IMG/VR virus record: IMGVR_UViG_3300015607_000582
Span: 64,001 to 128,000 of that record
DNA length: 64,000 nucleotides
From: a virus
Taxonomy: Duplodnaviria; Caudoviricetes
Direction: 5' to 3' (one strand)
Positions 44,019 through 53,122 of the stretch are shown piece by piece. A program made the position numbers and the translations under genes. How positions within the stretch are numbered: the first letter of the stretch is position 1; every line of letters begins with the position of its first letter. The notes beneath the pieces were generated by a model. It searched no databases, was not told the origin of the DNA, and worked only from the letters and a program-made list of their open reading frames with translations.

Positions 44019-47000
44019 GTCAGTCGTTCCCCTCCTGCGAGCGTCAGCCCGCGATCCTTCACCTCGATGTCGAACAGGCCGAGCACTCCGGGCTTGAGGA
44101 GGTGCGACTTGTTCGCCTTCCAGACGCCGGGCCATGCCGCCGCCTGAATCCGTGATCCGTTCCACTCGACGGTGACGCGAGCCCACTGCTCTCCGGCGTT
44201 GTAGCCGCCCTCCTTGAGGGTGCGCTTGTCCACCTCGGCAACGACGCCGTAGCAGCGCATGCGCTCGCCGGTCTCGGCGAGCTGCACGTCGCCGACGGTG
44301 ACGCAACCGTCGACCCGCTCGGCGTTGTCGAGCAGGATGTCCGAGTAGAGGTCCTGAAAGACGATGCCGGTCAGCTCCTGCTCGAACTCGGCCCGGCGGT
44401 GCTTGTCGCACTGCACGACCACGTCCTTCTTGACGGTCTTCGAGGGGTCACGCACCTGCGGCACGTCCTGCTTCTCGCAGTACCAGTATTCGCCCTCGTA
44501 GAGGCCGTCGAACGCACCCGCGTTGAGTAAGGCGTTGAGGGCACCACGCGAGCAGAGCTGCTTCGGCGACTTCTCCGGGCGCTCGGCGGCGGGCAGCTTG
44601 AGGTGAGCCTTGTTCTGGGCTTCGAGCTTCGCGAGCAGATCCTCGAAGCTCTCGAACGGGCGATTGGCGATGATCCACTCGGCCGCCGTCTCGTTGACGC
44701 CCTTGACGGTGGACAGCCCGAACAGGATGTCGTCATCGACCTTCGACGTGATGACACCAGAGCGGTTGATGTCCGGCCCGAGCACGGTGACGCCCATGCG
44801 CCGACCCTCGTTGACGTAGTCGCCGACGCGCTCGGTGAGGCTCCGCTTGGTGGTGCCCTTGGCCGTCAGGATCGACGCGAGGATGAACTCGGTCGGGTAG
44901 TGGTACTTCATCCACATCGTCCAGAGCAGCACCTTGCCGTACGAGATGGCGTGCGACTTGTTGAAGCTGTACTTGGAGAAGTCGACGATCTCGTTCCAGA
45001 TGACCTCGGCCTGCTCCTCAGAGATGCCAGCGTCCTGCGCTCGCTGCAGGTATCGCGGATGCTCCGCGTGCATCTGCTTGACCTTTTTCTTGCCGAGGAT
45101 CGAGCGCATGTCGTCGGCCTCGCTCAGCGTGTAGCCGATGGCGCGGAAGTAGGCCAGCACGGACTCCTGATACAGGAAGTCACCGTACGTCTCGTTCAGG
45201 ATCGGTTCGAGGATCTCGTGCTGGTACCTGACCGGGGCCTCACCGGAGCGGCGCTCGAAGTAGCGGTCGACCATGCCCGAGCGGAGCGGGCCCGGACGGT
45301 TCAGCGCGACGATTGCGCCGAGGTCTTCGAGGGAGCGCGCCTCCATGTCCTTGGCGATGCGGCGTGCGGCGTTGCCGTCCTCGATCTGGAACAGCCCGAG
45401 CGTCATCTTGAGGTCGAGCAGCTCGTACATCTCGTCGGGCTGGTCGTCCCAGTCGATGTCCCGCTTGAAGATGTCGTTGGGGTTGCGGCCCGCCAGCTCG
45501 GGAACGAGGGCGACCGCCTCCATCAGCGTGTCGAGGTTCCGCAGGCCGAGCAGGTCGAGCTTGAGGAAGCCGAGCGCCTCGACCTCCTTCATCTCGATCT
45601 GCGTCACGAGCTTCTTGACCCCGGCAGTCTTGTCCTCGACGAGGCGACCGGGCAGCAACCCCGTCAGCGGCTCGTCGGAGAGGATCACGGCGGAGGCGTG
45701 GACGCCGTAGCTCGCCAGTCGCCCGGTGAGCCACTCGGCGGCCTCGAACAGCTCCGGGTACTCCTCGATGTACGGAGCCAGCTCGTCCTTGAGCGCCGTG
45801 TAGATGCCCTCGGCGATGACCGCACCGTCATCGTTGATGACGTCGTGCCACTCCGGCTGCTTGCCCGCATCCTCCAGCGTCTCGATGAGCTTCTTGATGC
45901 GCTCGGCAGCGGCGTAGTATTCGCTCCCCACGACGAGGTTCTTGGGACGCCCGGTCGCCCGGTCGTACTCGATCTCGCCGTACACGGGCTTGAGCGCCTT
46001 GTCGATGGCCGACTTGGGCTGCATCCGGATGTGCGTGCCGATGTCTCGAACGTGATCGTGGCCCCAGCGGCGGGCGAGGTACTCCTTCGCCTCGCCTCGG
46101 AACTTCTGGGGGATGTCGTTGTCGATGTCCGGCAGGCCGTCGGCGCGACCGGGGTTCCAGAACCGCTCGAAGAACAGGTTGTACTTGATCGGGTCGATGT
46201 CGGTGATCCCGAGCGAGTAGGCGAGGATCGAGCCAGCGGCGGAGCCACGACCGGGCCCGGTCAGGATCCCCTGACGGTGGCACCAGTTGATGAGGTCCCA
46301 TGTGATGAGGAAGTAGTCCTCCAGACCTCGCTCGCCCTTGCCGAACGCCTCGGTGATCGCGCGGAACTCGAACTCGGCGCGCTCGACGACCTCGTCGGGC
46401 AGATCGCCATTCTCGTCGCCGTACCGCTCGACCAGCCCCTCCTCCATCAGCTCCAGCAGGAGGGCCCTGTTGTTCGGCACCTCGCGGGCGACCTCGTCGG
46501 CCTGCGTGAACTTCGGGAGGTGCAGCTTCCGCTCCATCGGCGTGATGTCGCGGCACAGCTCCATGACGTTGAGCGTGTTCGCCATGCTCTCGGCGACGCG
46601 ATCCTCGCCGAGGTACGAGAGCGCACTGGCCATGGAGCTGCCGTCCATGATCCAGAGGTCTGGCGGATGGTGGCGCATCGCCCCGGTCACGGGGCTCTTC
46701 CAGCCATACCCCTCGCTGGTGCCGGGAGGCCCCATCTGCGCCGTCAGCAGAGTCTCGTGGTTGAAGTAGTCCTCCTGACAGGCGTAGTGCGCGTCGCTCA
46801 CGGCGAGCGTCGGAATCCCGCGCTCCTGCGCGATGGACACCAGAGCCTCGTTCAGGTCACGCTGCTCCTGCGTCCGGTAGGCGTGCAGCTCGATGTAGAA
46901 GCGGTCGCCGAAGATGCGCAGGTAGCGGTTGAGCGCGTCAGTGTCGTCGCCCTTGACACCCTTCGCCACGAGCCCCGCCATGCACGCGCTGGTGCAGATC

Positions 47001-47464
47001 AGGCCCTCGTTGTACTTCTCCAGCAGCTCCCAGTCGAGACGGGGCTGCGGGAACGGGTAGTCGCTCTTGGGGTCGTTCGCCGCCTGCGTGAGGATCTTGA
47101 GGTTGCGGGCCCCGACGTCATTCTGGGCCAGCAGGACGAGGTGGTAGGCGTCGCGCGGATGCGTCAGTCGCCGCTGCGTCCGCCCCGTCTCCGCGTTGGT
47201 GATCTCGCGGTAGTAGCTCTCGGGCCGCTGGTACCGATGCACCTCGGCCTGATACGCCTCCATGCCGCGACCGGCGAAGAGCCCACGCTTGTTCATCGCC
47301 TTCGCGAATGGCTCCCACCCAGCCACGAGGCCGTGGTCGGTGACGAACGCGCCCGGCATCCCGATGCTCTCGATGTGAGCAGCGATCTCCTCGACCGTGC
47401 CAGCGCCGTCGAGGGCACTGAACTCGGAGTGGAGATGCGTAGGACAATACACGCTATCGCACAT
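44015..47464 (-). CDS. dnaE: DNA polymerase III alpha subunit
   Basis: HLHSEFSALDG (PHP), GPGRGSAAGS, PDIDND, KLDLLGL, RPGP, FNKSHA, C-terminal OB fold. Confidence 0.95.
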   Translation of the reverse strand: MCDSVYCPTHLHSEFSALDGAGTVEEIAAHIESIGMPGAFVTDHGLVAGWEPFAKAMNKRGLFAGRGMEAYQAEVHRYQRPESYYREITNAETGRTQRRLTHPRDAYHLVLLAQNDVGARNLKILTQAANDPKSDYPFPQPRLDWELLEKYNEGLICTSACMAGLVAKGVKGDDTDALNRYLRIFGDRFYIELHAYRTQEQRDLNEALVSIAQERGIPTLAVSDAHYACQEDYFNHETLLTAQMGPPGTSEGYGWKSPVTGAMRHHPPDLWIMDGSSMASALSYLGEDRVAESMANTLNVMELCRDITPMERKLHLPKFTQADEVAREVPNNRALLLELMEEGLVERYGDENGDLPDEVVERAEFEFRAITEAFGKGERGLEDYFLITWDLINWCHRQGILTGPGRGSAAGSILAYSLGITDIDPIKYNLFFERFWNPGRADGLPDIDNDIPQKFRGEAKEYLARRWGHDHVRDIGTHIRMQPKSAIDKALKPVYGEIEYDRATGRPKNLVVGSEYYAAAERIKKLIETLEDAGKQPEWHDVINDDGAVIAEGIYTALKDELAPYIEEYPELFEAAEWLTGRLASYGVHASAVILSDEPLTGLLPGRLVEDKTAGVKKLVTQIEMKEVEALGFLKLDLLGLRNLDTLMEAVALVPELAGRNPNDIFKRDIDWDDQPDEMYELLDLKMTLGLFQIEDGNAARRIAKDMEARSLEDLGAIVALNRPGPLRSGMVDRYFERRSGEAPVRYQHEILEPILNETYGDFLYQESVLAYFRAIGYTLSEADDMRSILGKKKVKQMHAEHPRYLQRAQDAGISEEQAEVIWNEIVDFSKYSFNKSHAISYGKVLLWTMWMKYHYPTEFILASILTAKGTTKRSLTERVGDYVNEGRRMGVTVLGPDINRSGVITSKVDDDILFGLSTVKGVNETAAEWIIANRPFESFEDLLAKLEAQNKAHLKLPAAERPEKSPKQLCSRGALNALLNAGAFDGLYEGEYWYCEKQDVPQVRDPSKTVKKDVVVQCDKHRRAEFEQELTGIVFQDLYSDILLDNAERVDGCVTVGDVQLAETGERMRCYGVVAEVDKRTLKEGGYNAGEQWARVTVEWNGSRIQAAAWPGVWKANKSHLLKPGVLGLFDIEVKDRGLTLAGGERLT

Positions 47465-47469
47465 CGTTG

Positions 47470-47958
47470 TCAATACCTTCGCTGATTCGCATGGTGTGGC
47501 TGATGCGGACAGAAGCCGTGAATCCCGATGGAGCAGTTGCAGTTCCAGCAGAGGATGCGGTATGCGTCTGGCCAACCTTCCTTCTTGATCTTGCGCAGCA
47601 GGGTGAGCCCAGTGACACGCTTGCCACTCGGCCAGCGGTGATGATCTGGAACTCCGTGGATGTGATCGAGAGTGAGGAAGTGCTCCTCGGTCTCGCCGCA
47701 GCACGCACACTGGCCACCGTAGGCTTCGAGCATCTCGGCCCGAAGGCGCAGTCGAGCCCTCGTGTTGCTGTTCGCGTTCTGGCGACTGACCTTCTCCCGA
47801 TTCCCCTTGCGCCAGCGCCTCGTGTACTCGCTGTTGCAGAGCTTGCAGTACGACTGCCGGTAGCCCTTCGCCTTGTTCGTGAAGTGGAAGTCATCGACCG
47901 ACTTCTCCTTCTCGCACATCTTGCAGACCTTGGTCGCCACTGCCCTCTCCCATCGCAT
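47470..47958 (-). CDS. Free-standing HNH homing endonuclease
   Basis: N-terminal CxxC..CxxC; YGGQCACCGE..LTLDHI..LCWNCN; start may be 47943. Confidence 0.82.
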   Translation of the reverse strand: MRWERAVATKVCKMCEKEKSVDDFHFTNKAKGYRQSYCKLCNSEYTRRWRKGNREKVSRQNANSNTRARLRLRAEMLEAYGGQCACCGETEEHFLTLDHIHGVPDHHRWPSGKRVTGLTLLRKIKKEGWPDAYRILCWNCNCSIGIHGFCPHQPHHANQRRY

Positions 47959-47966
47959 TGTTGAAC

Positions 47967-47978
47967 TCACCACTTAGG
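47967..47978 (-). promoter_or_regulatory. Class III motif mostly inside the loop of a 10-bp hairpin (47959-47994)
   Basis: TGTTGAACTC...CCTAA-GTG-GTGA...GAGTTCAACA. Confidence 0.6.
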
Positions 47979-47998
47979 GTGAAGGAGTTCAACATGGA

Positions 47999-48040
47999 GG
48001 TTGCGCAGTATGAAGTGTCACACATGGGGTTGGTTTCCTC
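47999..48040 (-). pseudogene. Vestigial dnaE 5' end (RBS plus MCDTSYCAT)
   Basis: Parallels the functional dnaE start MCDSVYCPT at 47464. Confidence 0.65.
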
Positions 48041-48134
48041 GAATGGCGAACGCGGGGCCGACGTGGTCGGTGTGGGCGGGACGTGCTTGCCACGCCGACC
48101 CCGCGCTCTGCACGAGCAGTAGGGGGACTAGGTC

Positions 48135-49058
48135 CTACTGGTTGCCGGTCAGCTCGGCCTGCAGCTCCTCGAAGCGAGAACGCTTCTTGGGCTTCGCGGC
48201 CGGAGCCTCCGCCTTGGGCTCGGCGTCGTCGCCGTCCATGTCGTCCGCCACCTTCGCGCCGCCGGAGAACCGGCCCGCCGAGGAGCTGCTGCTCTTCGCA
48301 GAGGTCGACTTGGCGGAGCCGCCCTTCATCTTCGCGTACTTGTTGAAGACGTGGTCCTCGGGCAGCGACTCGACGATCTCCCGCATGCGGTCCTCGGACG
48401 CCAGCTCCTCGACGTACGCTTCGAGGCGCTTCTCGGCCTCCTCGACGTTCTCGGGCATCTCGAACTCCTTGCCCGTGTACGCGATGGGAGCGTAGGTCGT
48501 GTTCTGGTCCTTGCCCTGACGGGTGATGCAGAAGACCTGATCCTCGATGGGACCGATCTCGTCCGCGAACGCCCGCAGGTTGGGGAAGAACGTCGAGGGC
48601 GACTCGATGACGAGGTAGATCGCGGGCTCGGTGACCTCCTCGGAGCCACCGTCCTCGGTCTTGCGGTTGAACGTGCGCTCCATCGGCTTGAACGAGACGA
48701 TCTTGCCGCCCTTGAGCACCGGCTCCATCTCGCAGACGATGGCGATGGAGCGGTTGCTGGGGCTGTAGCCCCGGTCGGCGAGCGGGTCGTACCCGGACGG
48801 GCCGTCGATGTTGGGATCGCGGCGGCTGATGAAGTCGCGCCACATCGGCTTGTTGGTCTTCGGGTTCGTCCCGCAGTCCATCATCTTGTGGTAGAGGACG
48901 GTGGGGATGTCGTCCATTCCACTGAGGAAGAGCACGTAGTGCTTCTCGCCGTCGTCCTTCCAGCGCAGGTTGGGGACGAACGTCCCGCCCTTGCCGCCAG
49001 ACGCAGCGGCCTTCTTCATCTCTTCTCCGCCCTTGCGGAGATTGGCGAACACAGCCAT
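48135..49058 (-). CDS. Single-stranded DNA-binding protein (phage type)
   Basis: Position between primase and polymerase; ITRQG..QNTTY; low-complexity acidic tail. Confidence 0.65.
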   Translation of the reverse strand: MAVFANLRKGGEEMKKAAASGGKGGTFVPNLRWKDDGEKHYVLFLSGMDDIPTVLYHKMMDCGTNPKTNKPMWRDFISRRDPNIDGPSGYDPLADRGYSPSNRSIAIVCEMEPVLKGGKIVSFKPMERTFNRKTEDGGSEEVTEPAIYLVIESPSTFFPNLRAFADEIGPIEDQVFCITRQGKDQNTTYAPIAYTGKEFEMPENVEEAEKRLEAYVEELASEDRMREIVESLPEDHVFNKYAKMKGGSAKSTSAKSSSSSAGRFSGGAKVADDMDGDDAEPKAEAPAAKPKKRSRFEELQAELTGNQ

Positions 49059-49117
49059 TTCACGACTCCTTGGTCTACTGAGCTGATGCACAGTCCCTTG
49101 TGGACCGCGCATGACCA

Positions 49118-49143
49118 AGGATACTGGCCGCGTCGGACGAACC
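49118..49143 (-). promoter_or_regulatory. Class II promoter
   Basis: GGTTCGTCCGAC-N8-TATCCT. Confidence 0.75.
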
Positions 49144-49147
49144 TTCG

Positions 49148-49309
49148 TCAGTCGCAGTCGCCGCAGGGCTCCGAGCACCCGCAGGGGCGTCCAGCCTTGC
49201 TGGTCTTGCTGATCGTGTCGAGCTTCGCGGCCAGCTTGTTCAGCTTGGCGTTGTCGGCGGGCTTGACCGCCTTCGGCTTCTCGGTGATCGCGAACTTGCG
49301 GAAGGACAT
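49148..49309 (-). CDS. Small basic protein with C-terminal Cys cluster
   Basis: MSFRKF...CGCSEPCGDCD; follows a class III motif. Confidence 0.55.
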   Translation of the reverse strand: MSFRKFAITEKPKAVKPADNAKLNKLAAKLDTISKTSKAGRPCGCSEPCGDCD

Positions 49310-49331
49310 CGTGAACTCCATGCCGGGGGAT

Positions 49332-49343
49332 TCACCCATTAGG
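49332..49343 (-). promoter_or_regulatory. Class III motif
   Basis: CCTAA-TGG-GTGA. Confidence 0.55.
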
Positions 49344-50400
49344 GGTGAGCGGCGGAGTACATGATGGACGGCGTGACCCGGCGCAGGGCCGCCTCAAGCT
49401 GGTCGTCATCGCAGTCGCCGAGGTCTGCCTTCTCCGCGTGCCGGGGTGGGGGAACGACCCAGAGGGCCGTGTGATGTTCGAGCGCATCCGTGATGGTCTT
49501 GACGGCCTTGTGGCCCGCCTTGTCGTTGTCGTAGCTCAGCCACAGCTCGCGCATCTTGCGCAGGAGCTTGAGCTGCCCCGGTGACACCATCGCGCCGTAC
49601 GTCGCGACCGCCGGAAGCCCAGCCGTCAGCAGCCGCGCGACCGACATCGGCGACTCGACCACGAGCGTCGGCCTGTCGAGCACCAGCACCGCCGAGTTGT
49701 ACACGGTCGACTCCCTCGGGAAGTCGGTCGTGTTGGTGTACTTGGGCACCCAGCTCGGGACGTCGTCGCCGAGCCACCGCTCCTGCCACCCGACGCACTG
49801 GTCGTCGACGAAGACGGGGATGATGAGCGCCGGGCCGACATGGGAGCCGCGCTGGTGCTCCGGATCGTAGCCGAGCTTGAGGTGGCGGCACACGTCGCGG
49901 CCGATGAACCGATTCCGCCCGTCAAGGTGCAGCTCGCCGTCACAGAACAGGTGCTCGCTCGACATGAGATTGTTGCACCACTCGTCGACCTTCGACTTCG
50001 GGTACCACGGCAGGACGGTCTCGTCCTTGGTTCGCCACGGTGTGTCCTCGACGGCGAGACGGCGATGCACCTGCTCAAGGAACCCGGCGTCGGTGCCGGG
50101 CGTGAAGTCGGAGAACTTGGCGAGCCACTCGACGGCGAAATCGTAGTCGCAGTCGAGCACGCGCATGACGAGCTTGATCGGCGTGCCGCCGTACCCGCAG
50201 GTGAAGCACGACCAGACGAGGCGGTCGGTGTTGATCGAGAACGAGGGGTTGCTGTCGACGCCACCATGCTCTGGCAGCGGGCAGTGCGAGAACCACTCGT
50301 CACCACGGATGGTCGTGGCCTCGATCCCCAGCTCGTCGAGCACCTCCTCGATGCGGAGGGTCGCCGCGATCTCGGGCCAGTCGTCGCGCTCGTCAGACAC
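49339..50400 (-). CDS. dnaG: DNA primase (CHC2 Zn finger plus Toprim)
   Basis: CP..H.D.NPSF..CFTCG; VVES; YDND.AG. Confidence 0.88.
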   Translation of the reverse strand: MSDERDDWPEIAATLRIEEVLDELGIEATTIRGDEWFSHCPLPEHGGVDSNPSFSINTDRLVWSCFTCGYGGTPIKLVMRVLDCDYDFAVEWLAKFSDFTPGTDAGFLEQVHRRLAVEDTPWRTKDETVLPWYPKSKVDEWCNNLMSSEHLFCDGELHLDGRNRFIGRDVCRHLKLGYDPEHQRGSHVGPALIIPVFVDDQCVGWQERWLGDDVPSWVPKYTNTTDFPRESTVYNSAVLVLDRPTLVVESPMSVARLLTAGLPAVATYGAMVSPGQLKLLRKMRELWLSYDNDKAGHKAVKTITDALEHHTALWVVPPPRHAEKADLGDCDDDQLEAALRRVTPSIMYSAAHP

Positions 50401-51634
50401 GCTCGATCCACTTCAAGTCGCCGCACACGCCGATCTGGTTCGACACGAGGCCCCTGACGTTCTCGCTGACGCGGGAGGCGATGCTCCCCAGCTCGAACAT
50501 GCGCGACTCGCGCATCTCCTTGTTGGCGTGGATGCCGAGCACGAGGTCGGATGCCTGACCGATGGCGTCCGTCAGGCCGATCTGCGCGAGGTCAGCCATC
50601 TCGGTCAGCCCGGACGCCTCGCGGTTGAACTGCGCCGCCCAGAAGGTCGGCCAGTGCGCTGCGATGTAGTCCTTGATCTCGTAGACCGTGGCCGCGTCGC
50701 GCTGGTTCTTCTCCTTCGCGCTGGAGGTGGGTGTCAGGAAGCTGAACTGGTCGCCCAGCACGACGTCCGGATCCCACGCCTTGGCCCGCTCGGCGACGTG
50801 GCGGACGGTGCGCTCGTCGGGCTGCGGATGGACGAAGCGAACCGTGCCCGACGCCTGCCGCAGCAGCTCGCCGATGGCGCGCATCTCGTCGATCTCCTCG
50901 CTGGTCAGACGCCCCTTGAAGAACTTGGTGTAGCTGACGCCAGCGACCATGCACTGGAACCGCCCGTACATCTCCTCCTCACGCAGCTCCATCGTCTCGA
51001 AGTGGACGCGGGCACCGGCAAGCATGTTCGCGACGGCCGACTTGAGGAGGATCCACGACTTGCCGGTCTTGGGGCGACCGCAGACGAACGTCATCGTGCC
51101 GGGACGCAGTCCGCCGGTCACCTCGTCGATGTCGGGGAAGCCGAACGAGAAGCCGCGATGCGACCCGGCGAGGATCCGCTTGTTGTAGATCGAGATGGCC
51201 CGATCCCAGTCCGCGAGGTCGAGGACGCCAGTGTGGGAGGCGGTCTTGCGGGCGATGTCGCCGAACTGCTCCAGACCGAAGCGCACGGCCTCGTCAGGGT
51301 CGCTCACGGCGAGTGACGCGAGGCGACTGACGACCTCCTTGGCGCGGCTGCGCTGGTAGCGGTCGCGAAGCTGCTCGATGACCCACTCGACGGGGGTCGT
51401 GGGCTCCGCGAAGTGGCCGCCCAGCTCATGGATGATCTGCGGGGCCGTCGGAGCCTTGCCGTGCTTCTCGATGTACTCGATCACGAACGGCAGCAGCTTC
51501 GCCGCGCCCTGCTCGTCCCGCAGCAGCATCTCGGTGCCGATCTGCTCACGGTAGATGGCCATCGCCGAGTCGGGCACCGCGAGGTGCTCGATCAGCTCGT
51601 CCTCGATGTCGATGGGCTCGTCGATCAGCTCCAT
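50393..51634 (-). CDS. dnaB: Replicative DNA helicase
   Basis: TGGLRPG, GRPKTGKS, AQFNRE, IGQASD. Confidence 0.88.
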   Translation of the reverse strand: MELIDEPIDIEDELIEHLAVPDSAMAIYREQIGTEMLLRDEQGAAKLLPFVIEYIEKHGKAPTAPQIIHELGGHFAEPTTPVEWVIEQLRDRYQRSRAKEVVSRLASLAVSDPDEAVRFGLEQFGDIARKTASHTGVLDLADWDRAISIYNKRILAGSHRGFSFGFPDIDEVTGGLRPGTMTFVCGRPKTGKSWILLKSAVANMLAGARVHFETMELREEEMYGRFQCMVAGVSYTKFFKGRLTSEEIDEMRAIGELLRQASGTVRFVHPQPDERTVRHVAERAKAWDPDVVLGDQFSFLTPTSSAKEKNQRDAATVYEIKDYIAAHWPTFWAAQFNREASGLTEMADLAQIGLTDAIGQASDLVLGIHANKEMRESRMFELGSIASRVSENVRGLVSNQIGVCGDLKWIERV

Positions 51635-52437
51635 GTCAGTGGCCTCACTTCACCCGAGAGGATCATCTCCTCGTTCTCCAGCCCGTGCTCGACGCGATAG
51701 TCGGCACCCTGCAGCTCGATGCGGAACTGCTTGGCCGACAGCAGGGAGTGGATGCGCGGGAACTCCCGCTCCAGATCCTCCTCCAGCATGTTGGTCGTCG
51801 TCGCCGTCGGCAGGTTGCGCGAGGTGCGGTGCCGGATCACCTCTTCGAGCTGGTCCTCGAAGAAGGAGCGCATCTTGTCCGAGCGCGGCTTGAGGATGTC
51901 GTCGATGACCAAGAACTCGGCGTCGGTCAGCTTCGACCGGATCCAGTCACGGCGAACGGCGTCCTCCAGCTCGTAGAGGGACTTCATCTCCATGAACTGG
52001 ATGAACCAGACGGAGTAGCCGTCGAGCGCGAGTGCCTTGGCGATGTGGGCCGCTGTCATCGTCTTTCCGACGCCGAGGCGCTTGCCCATGATCTCCCAGC
52101 CGAAGCCCGACATGCGTGCCGTCTCGAAGTTCGTGATGTACTTCTCGATCCGGTCGCGGTGCTCGTTGTGCGGGTACTCGTTCCAGTCGAGCACCTGATA
52201 CTCCAGCGGAATGTTGGCCAAGCAGTAGAGCTTGAAGAGCTGGAGCATCGGGTGCGACCCGTACTCGTCCGTCGGGCACTCGTGGTCTTCGCCGCGAAAG
52301 CGGTACGTCCCGGTGCCGCGACAGACGGGGCACTTGCCGCCCGTTCGGATGTAGTCCGGGTTCCTGTCCAGCTCAGCCCGCTGGCTGTCGCTCAGTGCCC
52401 TCGGCAACTTCGTCGCCATCAGATTCGTCAAGTCCAT
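51625..52437 (-). CDS. DnaC/IstB-like ATPase (helicase loader)
   Basis: CPVC.G.G, G..GVGKT, LVIDD, R..LPT..TTN. Confidence 0.82.
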   Translation of the reverse strand: MDLTNLMATKLPRALSDSQRAELDRNPDYIRTGGKCPVCRGTGTYRFRGEDHECPTDEYGSHPMLQLFKLYCLANIPLEYQVLDWNEYPHNEHRDRIEKYITNFETARMSGFGWEIMGKRLGVGKTMTAAHIAKALALDGYSVWFIQFMEMKSLYELEDAVRRDWIRSKLTDAEFLVIDDILKPRSDKMRSFFEDQLEEVIRHRTSRNLPTATTTNMLEEDLEREFPRIHSLLSAKQFRIELQGADYRVEHGLENEEMILSGEVRPLTWS

Positions 52438-53122
52438 CTTCGCCCCTGCCGCGCAGCAAGTCCTCTGCTGCCTCGATCTTCCGCAGGTTCTCGATGCGCC
52501 GTGGCTCGAACTCCTGCAGTACCCTGAGCACGGTATCAGCACGGTCGGACGAACTACCGTCGTCGAGCTTGAGGATGTTGAGCGGAGACCCGGCCGCGAT
52601 GTAGCTCTCCATCAGCTCGCGCAGGGCCTCGTCCACGCCCTTCTCGAACTCGCTGGCGTCGTCGCCGACGGGCAGGTAGAAGGCGTAGTCGTAGTTCCAC
52701 GTCTCGACCAGTGCGATGGCCAAGCAGGGCAGCACCTGCTGGAGGTGGAGCAGCTCCTGTCGCTCGGTGTCGGTGAAGTCGACGTCGAGCAGACGGGCCG
52801 TGAGCGCGTTGATCCGCTGACCGCAGTGGGCCATGCGGTCGAAGCAGGTGCCGACCTCGATGACGCCACGGGCCGCGATCTCATCCTCGCTCTCGCTGCG
52901 GAAGTGGACGAGCTTTGCCCAGAGTGCGAGTGACGTGCGCCACGACCCCTTCTCGCCGAGGGGGAAGCCGTATGCGCTCGTGCGCTGCTCGCTGCCGTTC
53001 CCTCCGGCGAGGTCGACGAGGTATGGGCGATTCTCGTGTGGCCACCCGCACCACAGATCGTGGGCGAGATCGGTCTTGCCAGTCCCCGGTGCCCCGAGGA
53101 TGCCGATGCGAGGAGGCGTCAC
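52373..53122 (-). CDS. P-loop NTPase / nucleotide-kinase-like protein
   Basis: RIGILGAPGTGKTDLA; YD..FYLP. Confidence 0.65.
   Translation of the reverse strand: MTPPRIGILGAPGTGKTDLAHDLWCGWPHENRPYLVDLAGGNGSEQRTSAYGFPLGEKGSWRTSLALWAKLVHFRSESEDEIAARGVIEVGTCFDRMAHCGQRINALTARLLDVDFTDTERQELLHLQQVLPCLAIALVETWNYDYAFYLPVGDDASEFEKGVDEALRELMESYIAAGSPLNILKLDDGSSSDRADTVLRVLQEFEPRRIENLRKIEAAEDLLRGRGEDGLDESDGDEVAEGTERQPAG
52530..52555 (-). promoter_or_regulatory. Class II promoter (intragenic, upstream of the DnaC-like gene)
   Basis: AGTTCGTCCGAC-N8-TACCGT. Confidence 0.65.

Noticed and set aside
47465-47710. N-terminal extension of DnaE given in the ORF track
   Set aside because: Overlaps the HNH in another frame; the PHP motif begins right after ATG 47464
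47465-47998. Group I intron or intein in dnaE
   Set aside because: The HNH ORF fills the interval, no ribozyme core or intein termini are seen, and dnaE has its own start
51625-52437. IS21 IstB transposon helper
   Set aside because: No IstA or terminal repeats; adjacent to DnaB, so a helicase loader is more likely
9-53000. Many long plus-strand ORFs (e.g. 4068-6110, 10969-13476, 31851-34772, 44603-47485)
   Set aside because: Antisense shadows of GC3-rich minus-strand genes; no motifs or RBS
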